This document shows, piece by piece, positions 43,860-55,875 of a stretch of DNA of 64,000 bases. This DNA comes from an uncultured Spirochaetota bacterium. GTDB lineage: Bacteria; Spirochaetota; Spirochaetia; SZUA-6; Fen-1364. A program made the position numbers and the translations under genes. Below the pieces are notes generated by a model. It searched no databases. It worked only from the letters and a program-made list of their open reading frames with translations, and was not told the origin of the DNA. How positions within the stretch are numbered: position 1 is the first letter of the stretch; each line of letters begins with the position of its first letter. The stretch spans positions 1 to 64,000 of the forward strand of contig CAVUXE010000091.1 of the NCBI GenBank assembly GCA_963745235.1, in the 5' to 3' direction.

Positions 43860-45053
43860 ATGATTGACATCCCGGACAGTGCCACCAGACGCCTGTATTT
43901 TCTTCTGCTCCTGGGATTTGCAACTTTCGGCGCTGTTTTCACGATCATTGGCGCCGCCCTGCCGAGCATCATCCGCACGTTTCACTGGTCATACACGCTG
44001 ACAGGCGCCGTGCTTGCCGCCAACGCCGTGGGCTACTTCGTCTCCACGTTTTTGTGCGGCATCCTGGTCCAGAGGATAGCACCGAAGAAGGTCCTGGTTT
44101 TCGGCCTGGTCCTCGGCTCTCTCGCCATGTCCCTTTTCATCCGCTGGCCGTCACCCGCGCTGAACCTTGCGCTGAACTTCTGCATCGGGTTGTGCCAGGG
44201 GACCATCGAGGTGGTCACGAATCTCGAGGTCATTCACATGGAGCGCAAGGGCCAGAGCAGGCTCCTCAACCTCGTGCACGCGGCGTTCAGCGTGGGCGGG
44301 ATCATCGGGCCCGCCTCGGTAGGCCTTCTCCTGGGCGCCGGCACCGGGGGCCTGGCCGTCTTTGCGACAACCGCCGCGGTCCTTGCCCTGATGGCCGTGC
44401 TTTTCGGAACCTCCCGCTTCCCGACAATACGCCAGCAGGAGGAGCATCAGCCCCGGCAGGGGCTCTCGCTGATGTTCCAGCCCCTCCTCCTCCTGATCAC
44501 CCTCTTCCTCCTCCTGTACGTGGGCGCCGAGTTGGGGGTATCCACCTGGATAGCGGAGTATTTCGTGCGGGCGCACGGCGCCACGACGTCAATGGGGGCA
44601 TTCGCCGTGTCCCTTTTCTGGATCGGGCTCCTCGTCGGGCGCTTCTCTCTTTCCGTCGGGTACCGGGGCTCCCGCCAGGAGTACCCTGTCCTCGCATTGA
44701 CCATCCTCGCGGCGGCGTCCCTGGGCATGGTGCTCCTGGTGACCTCCCCCTGGGCGTCGGCGCTTGCGGTGTTCCTCACCGGCCTGGGCTTCTCCGGCAT
44801 CTATCCCCTGTCAATCGCCATCGTCGGCCGCTACCACAAGAGCGGCGTCGCGGTGGGCGCTGTCACCACGGGAGGAGGCGTCGGCTCCTTCACGTTCCCG
44901 TTCCTGATGGCGGTGCTTGCCCAGACCATGGGTATCCGCGGCGGATTCTGGTTCTACCTCGGCCTGGCAGCCGTGCTGGTGGCGTTTGCCGCCGCAATCG
45001 TCAGGATGACGCGGCCGCGGCCCCAACCGGAGAAGAGCGCCCACTCGGCCTAG
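43860..45053 (+). CDS. MFS transporter (FucP/TsgA-like)
   Basis: About 12 TM segments; LNLVHAAFSVG, LYVGAE..W. Confidence 0.85.
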   Translation: MIDIPDSATRRLYFLLLLGFATFGAVFTIIGAALPSIIRTFHWSYTLTGAVLAANAVGYFVSTFLCGILVQRIAPKKVLVFGLVLGSLAMSLFIRWPSPALNLALNFCIGLCQGTIEVVTNLEVIHMERKGQSRLLNLVHAAFSVGGIIGPASVGLLLGAGTGGLAVFATTAAVLALMAVLFGTSRFPTIRQQEEHQPRQGLSLMFQPLLLLITLFLLLYVGAELGVSTWIAEYFVRAHGATTSMGAFAVSLFWIGLLVGRFSLSVGYRGSRQEYPVLALTILAAASLGMVLLVTSPWASALAVFLTGLGFSGIYPLSIAIVGRYHKSGVAVGAVTTGGGVGSFTFPFLMAVLAQTMGIRGGFWFYLGLAAVLVAFAAAIVRMTRPRPQPEKSAHSA

Positions 45054-45063
45054 CGCCTCGGCC

Positions 45064-45092
45064 TTGCATTCGACGCCGACCGCTACTATAGT
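45064..45092 (+). promoter_or_regulatory. sigma70 promoter giving a probable leaderless mRNA
   Basis: TTGCAT-17 nt-TATAGT, 7 nt before ATG 45100, no SD. Confidence 0.7.
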
Positions 45093-45099
45093 GCCTCTC

Positions 45100-46344
45100 A
45101 TGGGCAAAACAGCACTCACGGCGTATCGCTATCGATGGCTCATGCTGTGCGCGTTCATGTTGATCACGGGGATCAACCAGGCGCTCTGGATCACCTTCGC
45201 TCCCGTCACCAGCGAGGCAATGAAGTTCTACTCCACCACAGACCTCGCCATCGGGCTCCTGTCCCTGTGCTTCATGGCAATCTATATCCTGATCTTCCTC
45301 CCCTCCGCGTGGCTGATCGATACGTGGGGAATCCGGCGCAGCGTCTCGCTCGGCGCCATTCTCACCGCAGTGTTCGCCCTGACCCGGGGGATCTTCGCCT
45401 CCAGCTTCACCCTGGTGATCATCTCGCAGGTGGGAATCGCAATCGGTCAGCCGCTGGTCCTCGGGGCGACGACAAAGCTTGCGGGTCGATGGTTCCCTGC
45501 CGACGAGCGCGCCACGGCCACGGGGCTCGGGACCCTCTCCATTTACCTGGGGGTCCTGCTCAGCCTCATCGTGACGCCAATCCTCACCGCCGGGTACGGC
45601 ATGAAGGGAATGCTCCTCGTCTCGGGCGTTGCCGCCGTGGTGGCGGCCTTGTTCTTCATCCTCGTGGCGCGGGAAAGCCCGCCCACGCCGGTCGGCAGGC
45701 CGGAGGATGAGGTGCGTTCACTCATGTTCGACGGCCTTCGCAGCATGATCCGCAAGCGGGAGTTCATCTTCCTCCTTGTCATCTTCTTCGTCGGCCTCGG
45801 GATGTTCAACGGGATCACGACATGGATCGAGGAGATCGTCGGGCCCCGGGGGTTCTCCACCTCCCAGGCGGGCCTCGCCGGCGGGCTCATGCTGATAGGC
45901 GGGATCGTGGGAGCCGTTGCGCTTCCGCTCGTCTCGGATTCGCTTCGCCGCCGAAAGCCCTTCATCATCGTTGCCCTCGTGGGGCTGATCCCGGGCCTGC
46001 TCGGCGTGACCTTCGCGACCAGCTACTGGCTCCTCCTTGCATCATCCTTCGTGTTCGGCTTCTTCCTTCTCAGCGCGGGTCCCATCGGGTTCCAGTACGG
46101 CGCGGAAATGACGCTCCCTGCGCCGGAGGGGACCTCCAATACCCTCCTGATCGTCATGGGCCAGATCTCCGGGATCGTGTTCATCTTCCTGATGGACGCG
46201 CTCAAGGCGCCGGGCGGATCCATGACCGCGTCTTTGCTCGGCCTTCTTGGCCTTGCCGTGGTGGGCCTCCTGCTCGCTTTCTTTCTCAAGGAGTCCCCAA
46301 TCCACGCGGCCACCGTGGCCAAGGCGAGTCAGACGGCGAAGTAG
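45100..46344 (+). CDS. MFS transporter
   Basis: YRYRW..WITFAP, IDTWGIR, WFP..ERATA; about 12 TM segments. Confidence 0.88.
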   Translation: MGKTALTAYRYRWLMLCAFMLITGINQALWITFAPVTSEAMKFYSTTDLAIGLLSLCFMAIYILIFLPSAWLIDTWGIRRSVSLGAILTAVFALTRGIFASSFTLVIISQVGIAIGQPLVLGATTKLAGRWFPADERATATGLGTLSIYLGVLLSLIVTPILTAGYGMKGMLLVSGVAAVVAALFFILVARESPPTPVGRPEDEVRSLMFDGLRSMIRKREFIFLLVIFFVGLGMFNGITTWIEEIVGPRGFSTSQAGLAGGLMLIGGIVGAVALPLVSDSLRRRKPFIIVALVGLIPGLLGVTFATSYWLLLASSFVFGFFLLSAGPIGFQYGAEMTLPAPEGTSNTLLIVMGQISGIVFIFLMDALKAPGGSMTASLLGLLGLAVVGLLLAFFLKESPIHAATVAKASQTAK

Positions 46345-46349
46345 AAAGC

Positions 46350-47117
46350 TCAGGGCCGTCGGGCCGGTTGCAGCCTGACCTGCATGCACTGGTTCATGGC
46401 CTCCGCGACCTCAGCGAAAACGCCAAGAATGGCCTGGACGAGCTCATGGCCCGTGCAGGCGCGCACCTCGCTGGCGCCCATGGGATAGAAGAGCTGGAAC
46501 CCCTCCCACTGGTCGGGAGGGGCTTTCCTTGCCGCCTGCCGGATCTGCCGGGAAGATTCCCAGTTCTCTGCGGTGAACGAGGCGGTGGTCCCCCCGGTCA
46601 GCCGCGCGGTGAAGCCTTCCCGCCGCACAAGCCGGCCAATCTCGCGGTCCAGCACGGTCCCGCTCTCGCATTGGCGAATGAGCCTGTGCCAGTCCCAGTC
46701 TTTCGCAAGCGTTCCCGGGATTCCGGAGTCCACCCGGACGGAGCCGCGCTCGATCTGCAGCCCGCTCTGGAAGATCGACGCTTCCCTGTCCGCTGAGATG
46801 AAGAACTTGGCGCAGCCGAAGTTGACGCGGCTGGAAACAGGCTTGGCCTCCCGGTTGGCGCGCGGAAGCCAGCAGATCCATTGCCAGAACACGCCCCTTC
46901 CCCACCTGTCAGTCACGAACGCCGTGCCATACCTTTGCTCCAGGCCGAACTTGAGGATCTGCGTGATCCGCTCGTGCGGCTCGAGGTTTCCCACCCGTAT
47001 CCCGTGATCGAAATCGATCCATGCCACGCGGAATGCCTCACCCGTGGGCACCTCGGCGGCAACCCTCTCCGCCTTCGAGAGAGGGAGCCAGTCCTTCTGG
47101 GTGGGGCGTCGCTTCAC
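46350..47117 (-). CDS. hypothetical Trp-rich protein (~255 aa)
   Basis: GTG 4 nt after the upstream stop; globular-looking sequence without recognised motif. Confidence 0.65.
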   Translation of the reverse strand: MKRRPTQKDWLPLSKAERVAAEVPTGEAFRVAWIDFDHGIRVGNLEPHERITQILKFGLEQRYGTAFVTDRWGRGVFWQWICWLPRANREAKPVSSRVNFGCAKFFISADREASIFQSGLQIERGSVRVDSGIPGTLAKDWDWHRLIRQCESGTVLDREIGRLVRREGFTARLTGGTTASFTAENWESSRQIRQAARKAPPDQWEGFQLFYPMGASEVRACTGHELVQAILGVFAEVAEAMNQCMQVRLQPARRP

Positions 47118-47121
47118 CGGC

Positions 47122-48841
47122 CTACCTTGCAGTCCTTCCGCTTGAGTACAGGAAGGGAATGAGGTCCTGTTCCGTCGTGGAGAGCTCCGCCTCCGAAAAC
47201 CTCTGCCGCAGGGAGTGCGAAAGACTTTCCGCCTCACGGAGGTAGGCCGCGAAGAGCGCCTCCAGCGGGGACTCCTCTGCGGGGGCGTCGGGAAGAGCCT
47301 CGGTCCCGCCCGCCGAACCGTTGGACCCGATGTCCAGCCCGAAGGAAACTCCGGGGTGAGCGTGCTCCCTGTGCCTCCACGCCCCGGTGTGGATGTCGAA
47401 GTCGTACAATGGAAGAAACGCAACTCCGTGATCTGCGACGAACCTGATGGCCTGGCAGATGAATGCCACTTCCGAGTCGGTGTGCAGGAAATGGAAGTTG
47501 ACCCGGGTCCAGCCCGGCTTCAGCCCGACGTTCCCCTTGATGATCGTGCGTTCCAGCCTGCGGGACAGGAGCTCGTCGATGCCGAGGAGCCGGTGGCCGT
47601 ACGGAGCCGCGCATGAGCATCCGGCCCTGCTCTGGATGCCGAACAGGTCATTGAGAAGCACGGTCACGAACCGGGGATGCAGCCACGAGGGGCCGACCTT
47701 CACGGTGAATGAGAAGATGGGAAGACGATGCTCCAGGCTCGCTTCCCCCATCAGCTCGATGCCGGGATGCCCCGCGAGCATCCCGTGGGCGGTCCGCGCG
47801 AGCTCCCCTTCCCGCGCCGCGATCCTGTCCGGGTCCAGCTTTTCCTTGAGCTCCAGCGCAAGCGCCGCGCGAAGGGTCTGGAGGATCCCCGGCGTGCCAG
47901 CCTTCTCCCTGGCCTCAATGTCGGGGATATAGGATTGGCCGTCGAAGTTGACGAACTCCACTGTTCCTCCCGCGCCGACAGTGGGAGGCAGATCGCTTCT
48001 GTAGATCCTGTCATGGATGAGGAGGAGCCCGGTGCTGCCGGGGCCGCCAAGCAGCTTATGGGGGGAGAAGTAGAGCGCGTCGAAGAAGGACTCAGGATCC
48101 CTGTTCATGTCGATGCGCTCGTACGGAGCTGCAGCCGCGAAGTCGAAGAGCGCAAGCGCGTCGTGCCGGTGAAGGATCCGCGCCACCTCGTGGACTGGCG
48201 TCTTCACGCCGGTCACGTTGGAGGCGGCGGAAAAGGCCCCGATCTTCCGCCTGCCGACGTACTGCGCGCGCTCGAGCTTTTGCGCAAGGTCGTCCAGGTC
48301 AAGGAGGCCGTTCCGCGTGAGATCGATCTCCACCACCTCCGCGAAGCATTCCCTCCAGGAGACCTCGTTCGAGTGATGCTCGAAAGGCCCCACGAACACG
48401 ACGGGTCGCTTGCCGTTGATCCAGCTCGTGAAGCTCTCCATCTCCTCAGGAGAAAAACGTTCGCGCAGGAGCGAACGGAAGAAATCCTTCCCCGCCGGGC
48501 GGCACGTAGATGCCGAGGATCTGCTGGAGCTGATGGACGGCGGCGGTTGTTCCCGCCCCCGCGGAAATGAGCCTGTGCCGCGGCCCCGCATTCACCAGGC
48601 GCTTGATGGCGAGCTCGGCCTGGTGAAGGCACTCCGACGTGATGATCCCCGTTGCGTCGTCCTCCGTATGGGTATTCCCGTACGTCTCCATCAGGCGTGA
48701 AAGGTAGTCTTCTATGAACGTGACTCCCCGTCCGGAGGCGGTATAATCCGCATACGTGAGACGGCGCACGCCGAACGGCGTGGCAAGCTGCCTCCTCCCC
48801 CCGATGATTGAGCCGCGAACCAGATCCCACAGGTCTTGCAT
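47122..48841 (-). CDS. aminotransferase class V / cysteine-desulfurase-like; frameshift near 48500
   Basis: YADYTASG..NTHTE; EHHSN, SAASNVTG, FSPHK (PLP lysine), RAGCSCA. Confidence 0.85.
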
Positions 48842-48870
48842 TCCATCCTCCCGGACCGTACTACTGTACC

Positions 48871-49451
48871 ATGACGAAAGGAGAAATGCGCGCCGGGATG
48901 GAGAGGCTGCTCGCCGGCCTGGAACCGGCGGACCTGCGCCGGCGCAGCGAGCTGGCGGCGCGGCGGCTCGCCCAGACGCAGGCCTGGAGCGGCTCACACG
49001 TGGTCCTCTGCTTCCTCTCGATGCCCCACGAGCTGGACAGCGCGCCGCTCATCTCCGCCGCGCACGGCTCGGGGCGGCGCGTTGCAGCTCCGCGGATCCA
49101 GGGAGAGGTCATACGCTTCTTCTACCTTCCCCGCGATCCGGGGAGCTCCCCCGCGACCGCTGGGGCATCCCCGTTCCTCGAGCTGACTGGGAGCCCTTCG
49201 AGCCGCGCCCGGGGACACGCGTCCTGGTGGCCGCGCCCGGGCTGGCATTCGACAGGCGGGGAAACCGGTTGGGCAGAGGCAAAGGATACTACGACAGGTT
49301 TCTGGGAGAGGCGCGCGCCGCGCTCGGGAGGGAGCTCACCGCTCTCGGCATCTGCCTGTCCGAACAGCTCGTCGCCGAGGTGCCCCACAATGAGCGGGAC
49401 CAGCGCCTGCAGGGCGTGGTGACCGAGCAGGAATCGATCGCGGCGTCTTGA
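48871..49451 (+). CDS. 5-formyltetrahydrofolate cyclo-ligase; frameshift near 49145
   Basis: MTK.EMR.., FLSMPHE, RWGI; PGLAFD..GNRLGRGKGYYDRFL and VPHNERD. Confidence 0.85.
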
Positions 49452-49496
49452 TTCGCTCACGGCGTGGGGGTTACATTTCAGCAGGAGAACGACACG

Positions 49497-50093
49497 ATGG
49501 GAGTCATCAAATCCGCGTACCAGATTGCAATGGAGAACTCGAAGGACATCGAAGCGAACAAGGAGCTGGTGGAAACAAACCGCCTTCGTGACGAGGGCAA
49601 AAAGCTCGTTTCGAAGCTCCTGGATGAGGCTTCCTTCGACCTCAAGGCGGCGCTCAAAGCCTATGAGAAGGAGCCGCTCGCGTCCGTCAGGGATGGCCTG
49701 GTCCAGTCCCTCCTGGCAAACCTCGTGCTCCCGGCAGACGAGTTCTCCCTCAAGAACAACAAGAGGATCGGGGACGCGTTCGGCGCCACCGTCTCCGACG
49801 CCCGCAAGGTGAACATGATCTTCAGCCAGCTGGAGAGCTTCTTCAAGGAGTACCTCGCGGAGCGCAAGCGCCTGGTGGAGGCGGTGGAGCGCCAGTACGC
49901 GCAGATCAGGAAGAAGAAGGAAGAGGAGCTTTCCCGCCAGATGGGCAGGCCGGTGAAGATCAATCCTGCCGCGGATCCCGAGTACCAGGCCATGGTCCGC
50001 CAGTACCTCTCCCAGCTGGACATCAAGTACAACGAGGTGCTGGACGGGGCAAAGGAAGAGCTCAGGACGGTCTTCACCAAAAGCCCGGCATGA
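49497..50093 (+). CDS. hypothetical helical protein
   Basis: MGVIKSAYQIAME start with SD AGGAG; coiled-coil-like. Confidence 0.75.
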   Translation: MGVIKSAYQIAMENSKDIEANKELVETNRLRDEGKKLVSKLLDEASFDLKAALKAYEKEPLASVRDGLVQSLLANLVLPADEFSLKNNKRIGDAFGATVSDARKVNMIFSQLESFFKEYLAERKRLVEAVERQYAQIRKKKEEELSRQMGRPVKINPAADPEYQAMVRQYLSQLDIKYNEVLDGAKEELRTVFTKSPA

Positions 50094-53000
50094 GGCTCGT
50101 CGCCGACCTGCACGTCCATTCCCGGTACTCACGGGCGACGAGCAGGGAGGCTGACCTCGAAGGCTACTTCCGCTGGGCGCGGCTCAAGGGAATCAACGTC
50201 GTCGGAACGGGGGACTTCACGCATCCCCGGTGGATGGAGGAGATCTGCGGAGAAGCTCGTAGAGAAAGACGGGCTTTTCGCGCTGAAGGAGCCGCCCCGG
50301 GACTTTCCCCTGGAAGACGCGCAGCCCGCGGACGCCCCGGTGCGGTTCATCCTCACCGTGGAGATCAGCTCCATCTACAAGAAGCGCGGGGAGACCCGCA
50401 AGGTGCATAGCCTCGTCGGCGTGCGGACCCTGGAGGAAGCCCGGAAGCTCTCCGCGCGGCTGGCGGCCATCGGCAACATCGCCTCTGACGGAAGGCCCAT
50501 CCTCGGGCTGGACCCCAAGGACCTGCTGTCCATCCTCCTGGAGGTTGCTCCGGAAGGGTTTCTCATCCCGGCGCATATCTGGACGCCCTGGTTCTCCCTC
50601 TTCGGCTCCAAGTCGGGATTCGATACCATCGAGGATTGCTTCGAGGAGCTCACCGCCCACATCTTCGCGCTGGAGACCGGCCTCTCCTCCGATCCTCCCA
50701 TGAACTGGCGCTGGAGCGCCCTGGACCGCTACCGGCTGGTCTCCAACTCCGACGCCCACTCCCCGCCGAACCTCGGGAAGGGAAGCCAATCTTCTCGATG
50801 CCGAGCTGAGCTGGGAAGGGGTGGTCGGAGCGCTCCGGACGGGCGACGGCTTCGCTGGGCACGTGCGAGTTCTATCCCGAGGAAGGGAAATACCACTTCG
50901 ACGGCCACAGGAAGTGCGGCGTCTGCATGGACCCCGAGGAGACGCTGAAGACGGGAGCCGCGTGCCCTGCCTGCGGCGCGCCGCTCACCATCGGTGTCCT
51001 GCACCGCGTGCTCCAGCTTGCGGACCGGCGGGAGCCTCGCCAGCCGGACCGGGCCGGAGGACTACCGCTACCTGATCCCCGTGCCGGAAATCCTCTCCCA
51101 GCTCACCGGGAGCGGGCCCGGCTCACGGGCCGTGGTCGCCCTCCACGCAAGGGTCATACGGGCATTCGGCAACGAGTACGCGTTTCTCTTCGACTCCGAC
51201 CCGAAGCAGATAGAGCGCGCCCTCGGACCCCTTATCGCGGAGGCGGTGCGAAGGATGCGGGAAGGCAGGGTAACGCCCAGTCCCGGGTACGACGGTGAGT
51301 TCGGCATCATCCGGATGTTCGACGAGCCCGAGCTTGTCCGCCTGCGCGGGCAGGACGAGCTCTTCCCGACACGGCCTGCACGAGCCGGTCGCGTGAGCAG
51401 GGAAGGCACCATTGCTCGAGCACCAGGGGCTCCTGCGGGACCGGAGCTCGACCTTGGGCTGCCCTTTCTGGACCGGGAACAGCAGGCCATCCTCGAATCT
51501 CCGCCCGGAAGAATCCTGGTCTTTGCGGGTCCCGGCACCGGGAAAACCCGACTTCTCACGAGCTGGATCGCGCGCCAGATCGAGTCCGGGTCAGCAGGCC
51601 CGGACCAGGTTCTTGCTCTCACGTTCACGGCAAGGGCCGCCGCGGAAATGCAGGAGCGTCTTCTCGATCTCCTGGGCAGACGGGCAACCTCCATCACAGT
51701 CGCGACCTTTCATGCCTTCTGCTTCGGCCTGTTGAGGAAGCGCAATCCCGCCTTGCTCACGGTTTACAGCGCGGCCCAGCGCGCCTCGCTGCTCTCCCTG
51801 CTTCCCCAGATCGCGTCCCTGGGGCACGCGCGGCAGGCGGCGGAGCGCCTGGAGCGGTACTACGAGGGCATGGAAGAGCCGGATGAGGAGCTGCGCGGAA
51901 CCATTCGCGCCTACGAAAAGTTGTGCGAGGAGACGGGGGGCGTGGACGTCTCATCGCTTGTCACGAGTGCCCTGGAGATCCTTGCAGGGGATGAGGACTT
52001 TCTGGCGCTGCAGCGCGAAAGGTACCGCGTCATGGCCGTTGATGAGCTGCAGGACATCAACAAGCCGCAGTACGAGCTCCTGTCTCTCCTGGGCCAGTCG
52101 GCGGCCGGGCTCCTGTGCATTGGAGATCCCGACCAGGCCATCTACGGGTTTCGAGGCTCGGATCGGGCTCTCTTTTCCCGGTTCAAAGACCAACCCGGGG
52201 TCAGGTCGTTTGCCCTGGCAACCAACTATCGTTCCTCGGCAACGCTCGTGAGCGCGTCCGGTGCCATCATCGCTCCCCAGCGATCGCCGGGCATACCGCC
52301 TCTGAGACCGGCCAGGCCCGACGGCCCTGTCATCGGCGTGTTCAAAGCGGAGGACCCCGCAAAGGAAGGAGACTACATCGCCTCCCGTATCCGCGACCTC
52401 GTCGGTGGAGTCGACTCGGTATCTGTTGATGCAGCGCGAACGCGCTCCGTCGGCAGGTACTCCTTCGCCGACATCGCCGTGCTCTTTCGCACGCGGGCCG
52501 TCCGCGACGCCCTTCTTCCCTCCCTGCTGCGGGCCGGCCTTCCCCTCACGCTGAGGGATGACATGCCGCTTGCGCGGGAGCCGCCGTTTCGCTTCCTGGT
52601 GGCCGCGCTGCGGCTCATCGTGAACCCCGCTGATCCGGTTTCCCGCAGGGAGCTGACCGAAAAACCGGGCGCCGAATCCCCCCAGGAATCGCTTGAGGCG
52701 TTTGTTGGAAGGCTCCCTGAGCTTCGCGACATGGCGGCATCCCTCGGGATCGAGGCCGTCATCAACGAGCTGGAAAGCAGTCTTGTCGACGTGGACGACT
52801 CCGTGCCTGAAACAGGGCTTGCAAACGAGGTCATCAAGGAAAGCGCCCGCGAGCACGGGAAGGACCTTTCATCGTTCCTGGTCCGCCTGTCCCTGCTCAC
52901 CCGTGAAAGCGAGGGTGCGCGCAGGGTGGAGAGAGTGACGCTCCTGACCTTCCATGCCGCGAAAGGCCTGGAGTTCCCCGCCGTTTTCATCGCCGGCGCT

Positions 53001-53234
53001 GAGGACGGCATTGTTCCCCTTGCGGAGGAGCCCGAAGAGGAACGGCGGCTCTTCTACGTTGCCATGACCCGGGCGCGGGACACCCTCCATATTACGCACT
53101 GCGCCCGGCGCACCGTGCACGGAACGCTCCGCCAATGCCGCCCGAGCCCGTTCCTGGCCGAGATGCCGCCGGGCTGCAGGGAAGATGTCTCTCCTCCCGC
53201 GCGAGTGAGCAGCCAGCTCACGCTCTTCGGTTGA
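50090..53234 (+). CDS. endonuclease Q-like PHP domain fused to UvrD/Rep-like helicase; several frameshifts
   Basis: ADLHVHSRYSRATS, GTGDFTHP, PAHIWTPWF, ETGLSSD, SNSDAHS, GKYHFDGHRKC..CP.CG, PGYDG.FG; then AGPGTGKT, VDELQD, IGDPDQAIYGFRG, NYRS, TFHAAKGLEF, EERRLFYVAMTRA. Confidence 0.85.
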
Positions 53235-55777
53235 GCCTCTTTCTCCAGAGAACCTTCGCCGTCTCGAACCAGGCGATGCTCACGAGCCCGGCGCCGAGCG
53301 CTATGGCAATGTCCAGGACGTGCATCGGGGCAAAGTGGAACAAGCCGCGCAGGCCGGGAACGTAGACCACCAGCCCCAGGAATGCGAGCGCTCCTCCCAA
53401 CACCCAGAGAAGGGCTGGATTGCCGGCGCTGAAGGCGGAGACAGCGGATCGGGACCAGTTGCGGTTTGTCAGGATCAGGCAGAGGTTGGACACGATGAGC
53501 GTGATGAACGCGAGGGTCCTGGCCTCCGCGGTGCTCTGCCCGATGGCCAGGGCTGCGGAGTACACGCCCATCACCGCCGCGAACGAGACGAGCCCCTGGA
53601 GGCAGCTGATGAGGAGGCTCATTCTTCCAAACAGGCGCTCCCCCGGCCCTCGCGGCTTCCGTCTCATGACATCCGCTTCCGCGGGCTCGGCCTCGAAGAC
53701 AATGGAGCAGGCGGGGTCGATGATGAGCTCGAGAAACACGATATGGACGGGGAAGAGGACCATTTCTTTCCACTGAAGGAGCACCGGCAGCAGCGACGTC
53801 AACGCGATGGGGATATGCACGCTGATCACGTACGCCATCGCCTTCCTCAAGTTGTCGAAAATGCGGCGCCCCATCCTGACGGCCTTCACGATGGAGGAAA
53901 AATCGTCGTCGAGCAGGACAAGGTCCGACGCCTCGCGGGCGACATCCGTGCCTCGGCTCCCCATGGCCACGCCGATGTGGGCTGACTTCAAAGCGGGGGC
54001 GTCGTTCACGCCGTCACCGGTCATGGCAACGATCTCACCACGCGCCTTGAAAGCGTCCACGATGGCGAGCTTCTGCTCGGGCACCACGCGCGCAAAGATG
54101 CTCGCCCCTTCCACTCGTCCCGTGAGCTCTTCCGCGGACAAGCGGGCAAGCTCCGGCCCGGTGATCGTGTCCCCGGGGCCGAGGCCGATCTGGCGCGCTA
54201 TCTTCTGGGCCGTGGCCGGATAGTCTCCCGTTATCATGACGACCTTGATCCCCGCATTGTTGCACTCATTGACGGCCGCGGGCACCGTCGGCCGCACGGG
54301 ATCCTCCAGGCCGATGATGCCGAGGGGCTCGAAAGGAAAATCATGGGCCGCGTCCGGCAGGTTGCCGCTGCCGAACGACGCCTTTGCGACCCCGATCACC
54401 CGCAGGCCCTTGTCCGCCATCTCCTGCACCTGGACGGAAAGGAGCGCCTGGCGCTCCGCGTCCAGGTGGCAGAGATCCGCGATAGCCTCGGGCGCGCCTT
54501 TCGTCGCCACCACGTACCCGTGGCCCTCCATGGACCTCCAGGCATGGGAGAGGGCCAACAGGTCACGGGACAGGGGGTACTGCTGCGCGAGGGTCCACGT
54601 GGAGTGGATGTGCTCCGTGTTGGTGAGCTTCCCGGCGCCCACCTCGAGGATTGCCTTTTCCATGGGATCGAAAGGGTCCTGCTGGCACGCCAGGACCCCG
54701 TATTCGAGCAGCTCGTGGAATGCTTCCGGAAGATCGCCCGGCTCTTCCGTCACGTCGATTGATTTCTCTCCCGCGCGGAGCATGCGGATGCGCATCTGGT
54801 TCTGCGTCAGGGTGCCCGTCTTGTCCGTGCACAGCACCGTGGCTGCCCCGAGGGTCTCCACTGCCGCCATCCTGCGGGCCAGCACGTTGTTGCGGGAAAT
54901 GCGCCACGCCCCCAGGGCAAGGAATATGGTGAGCACCACGGGGAACTCTTCGGGAAGCACGGCCATGGCAAGAGTAATTCCCGAGAGCAGGCCGTTCAGC
55001 CAGTCCCGGCGGGTGAGGCCGTACACGACGACGAGCGCTGCGCACAGGACAAGGGCTCCCACGAAGATTGCGCGGACGATGGAACCGGTCTCCTTCTGCA
55101 GGGGCGTCTGCTCCTGTTCCACGCCCTGGAGGGCCTTGCCGATGCGCCCGATCTCGGAGAAAGCGCCAGTCTCCTTCGTGACGGCCACCCCTTGCCCATG
55201 GACGACGAGAGTCCCCGAGAAGACGCACGGAAGGTCATCCCCGCCAGGTCTTTGCATGCCGGGCAGAGTCCTCCGCCGCGGTCTTTCGAACAGGCACTGA
55301 CTCTCCCGTGAGAAGGGATTCGTCCACGGACAGGTTGATCTCCCAGAGCAGAACGGCGTCCGCCGGGACCCTGTCTCCTTCCGCCAGCACAAGCAGGTCG
55401 CCGCGCGCGACCTCCCGCCCCGGGATCCGCCGCCGCTCTCCCTCGCGGATGACGAGCGCGCGCGGGCTCGCAAGGTCCCGCAGCGCCTGCAGGGTGTTCT
55501 CCGTCTTCTGCTCCTGGTAGATCGTGATCCCCATGATCACGACGACGAAACCGAGCAGCATGACCGCTTCCTGGACGTCCCCGAGGATGAGGTACAGCGC
55601 TCCGCAGGCAAGGAGAAGGAGGAACATCGGCTCCCGTACCACCCCCGCGGCAATGGAGAGGATGCCCCGTTTCCCGGCGGAAGGAAGCTCGTTCCACCCG
55701 CTTTCCCGCAGTGCTTCCTGCGCCTGCGCCTCCGTCAGGCCGCGAAGGCCTTTTACCTGCTGGTCAGTCAGTGCCAT
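53218..55777 (-). CDS. cation-transporting P-type ATPase (type II, Ca2+-like); frameshift near 55250
   Basis: LTGES, PEEFP, DKTGTLT, KGAPE, MITGD, TGDGVNDAPALK. Confidence 0.9.
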
Positions 55778-55789
55778 ATGAGTCCAGCG

Positions 55790-55867
55790 ACTGTAGGTCG
55801 CCCGCACGGTGGTGTCAACAGTTTGCGGGACGGCTGCGTTGACTCCTCATGGCGGTGGCGTTATCCT
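55790..55867. promoter_or_regulatory. back-to-back sigma70 promoters
   Basis: Minus strand TTGACA-17-TACAGT (55818-55790); plus strand TTGACT-17-TATCCT (55839-55867). Confidence 0.7.
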
Positions 55868-55875
55868 GCGCTGCA

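Noticed and set aside
48842-48870. 6S RNA upstream of the 5-formyl-THF cyclo-ligase
   Set aside because: Only 29 nt separate the divergent genes, leaving no room.
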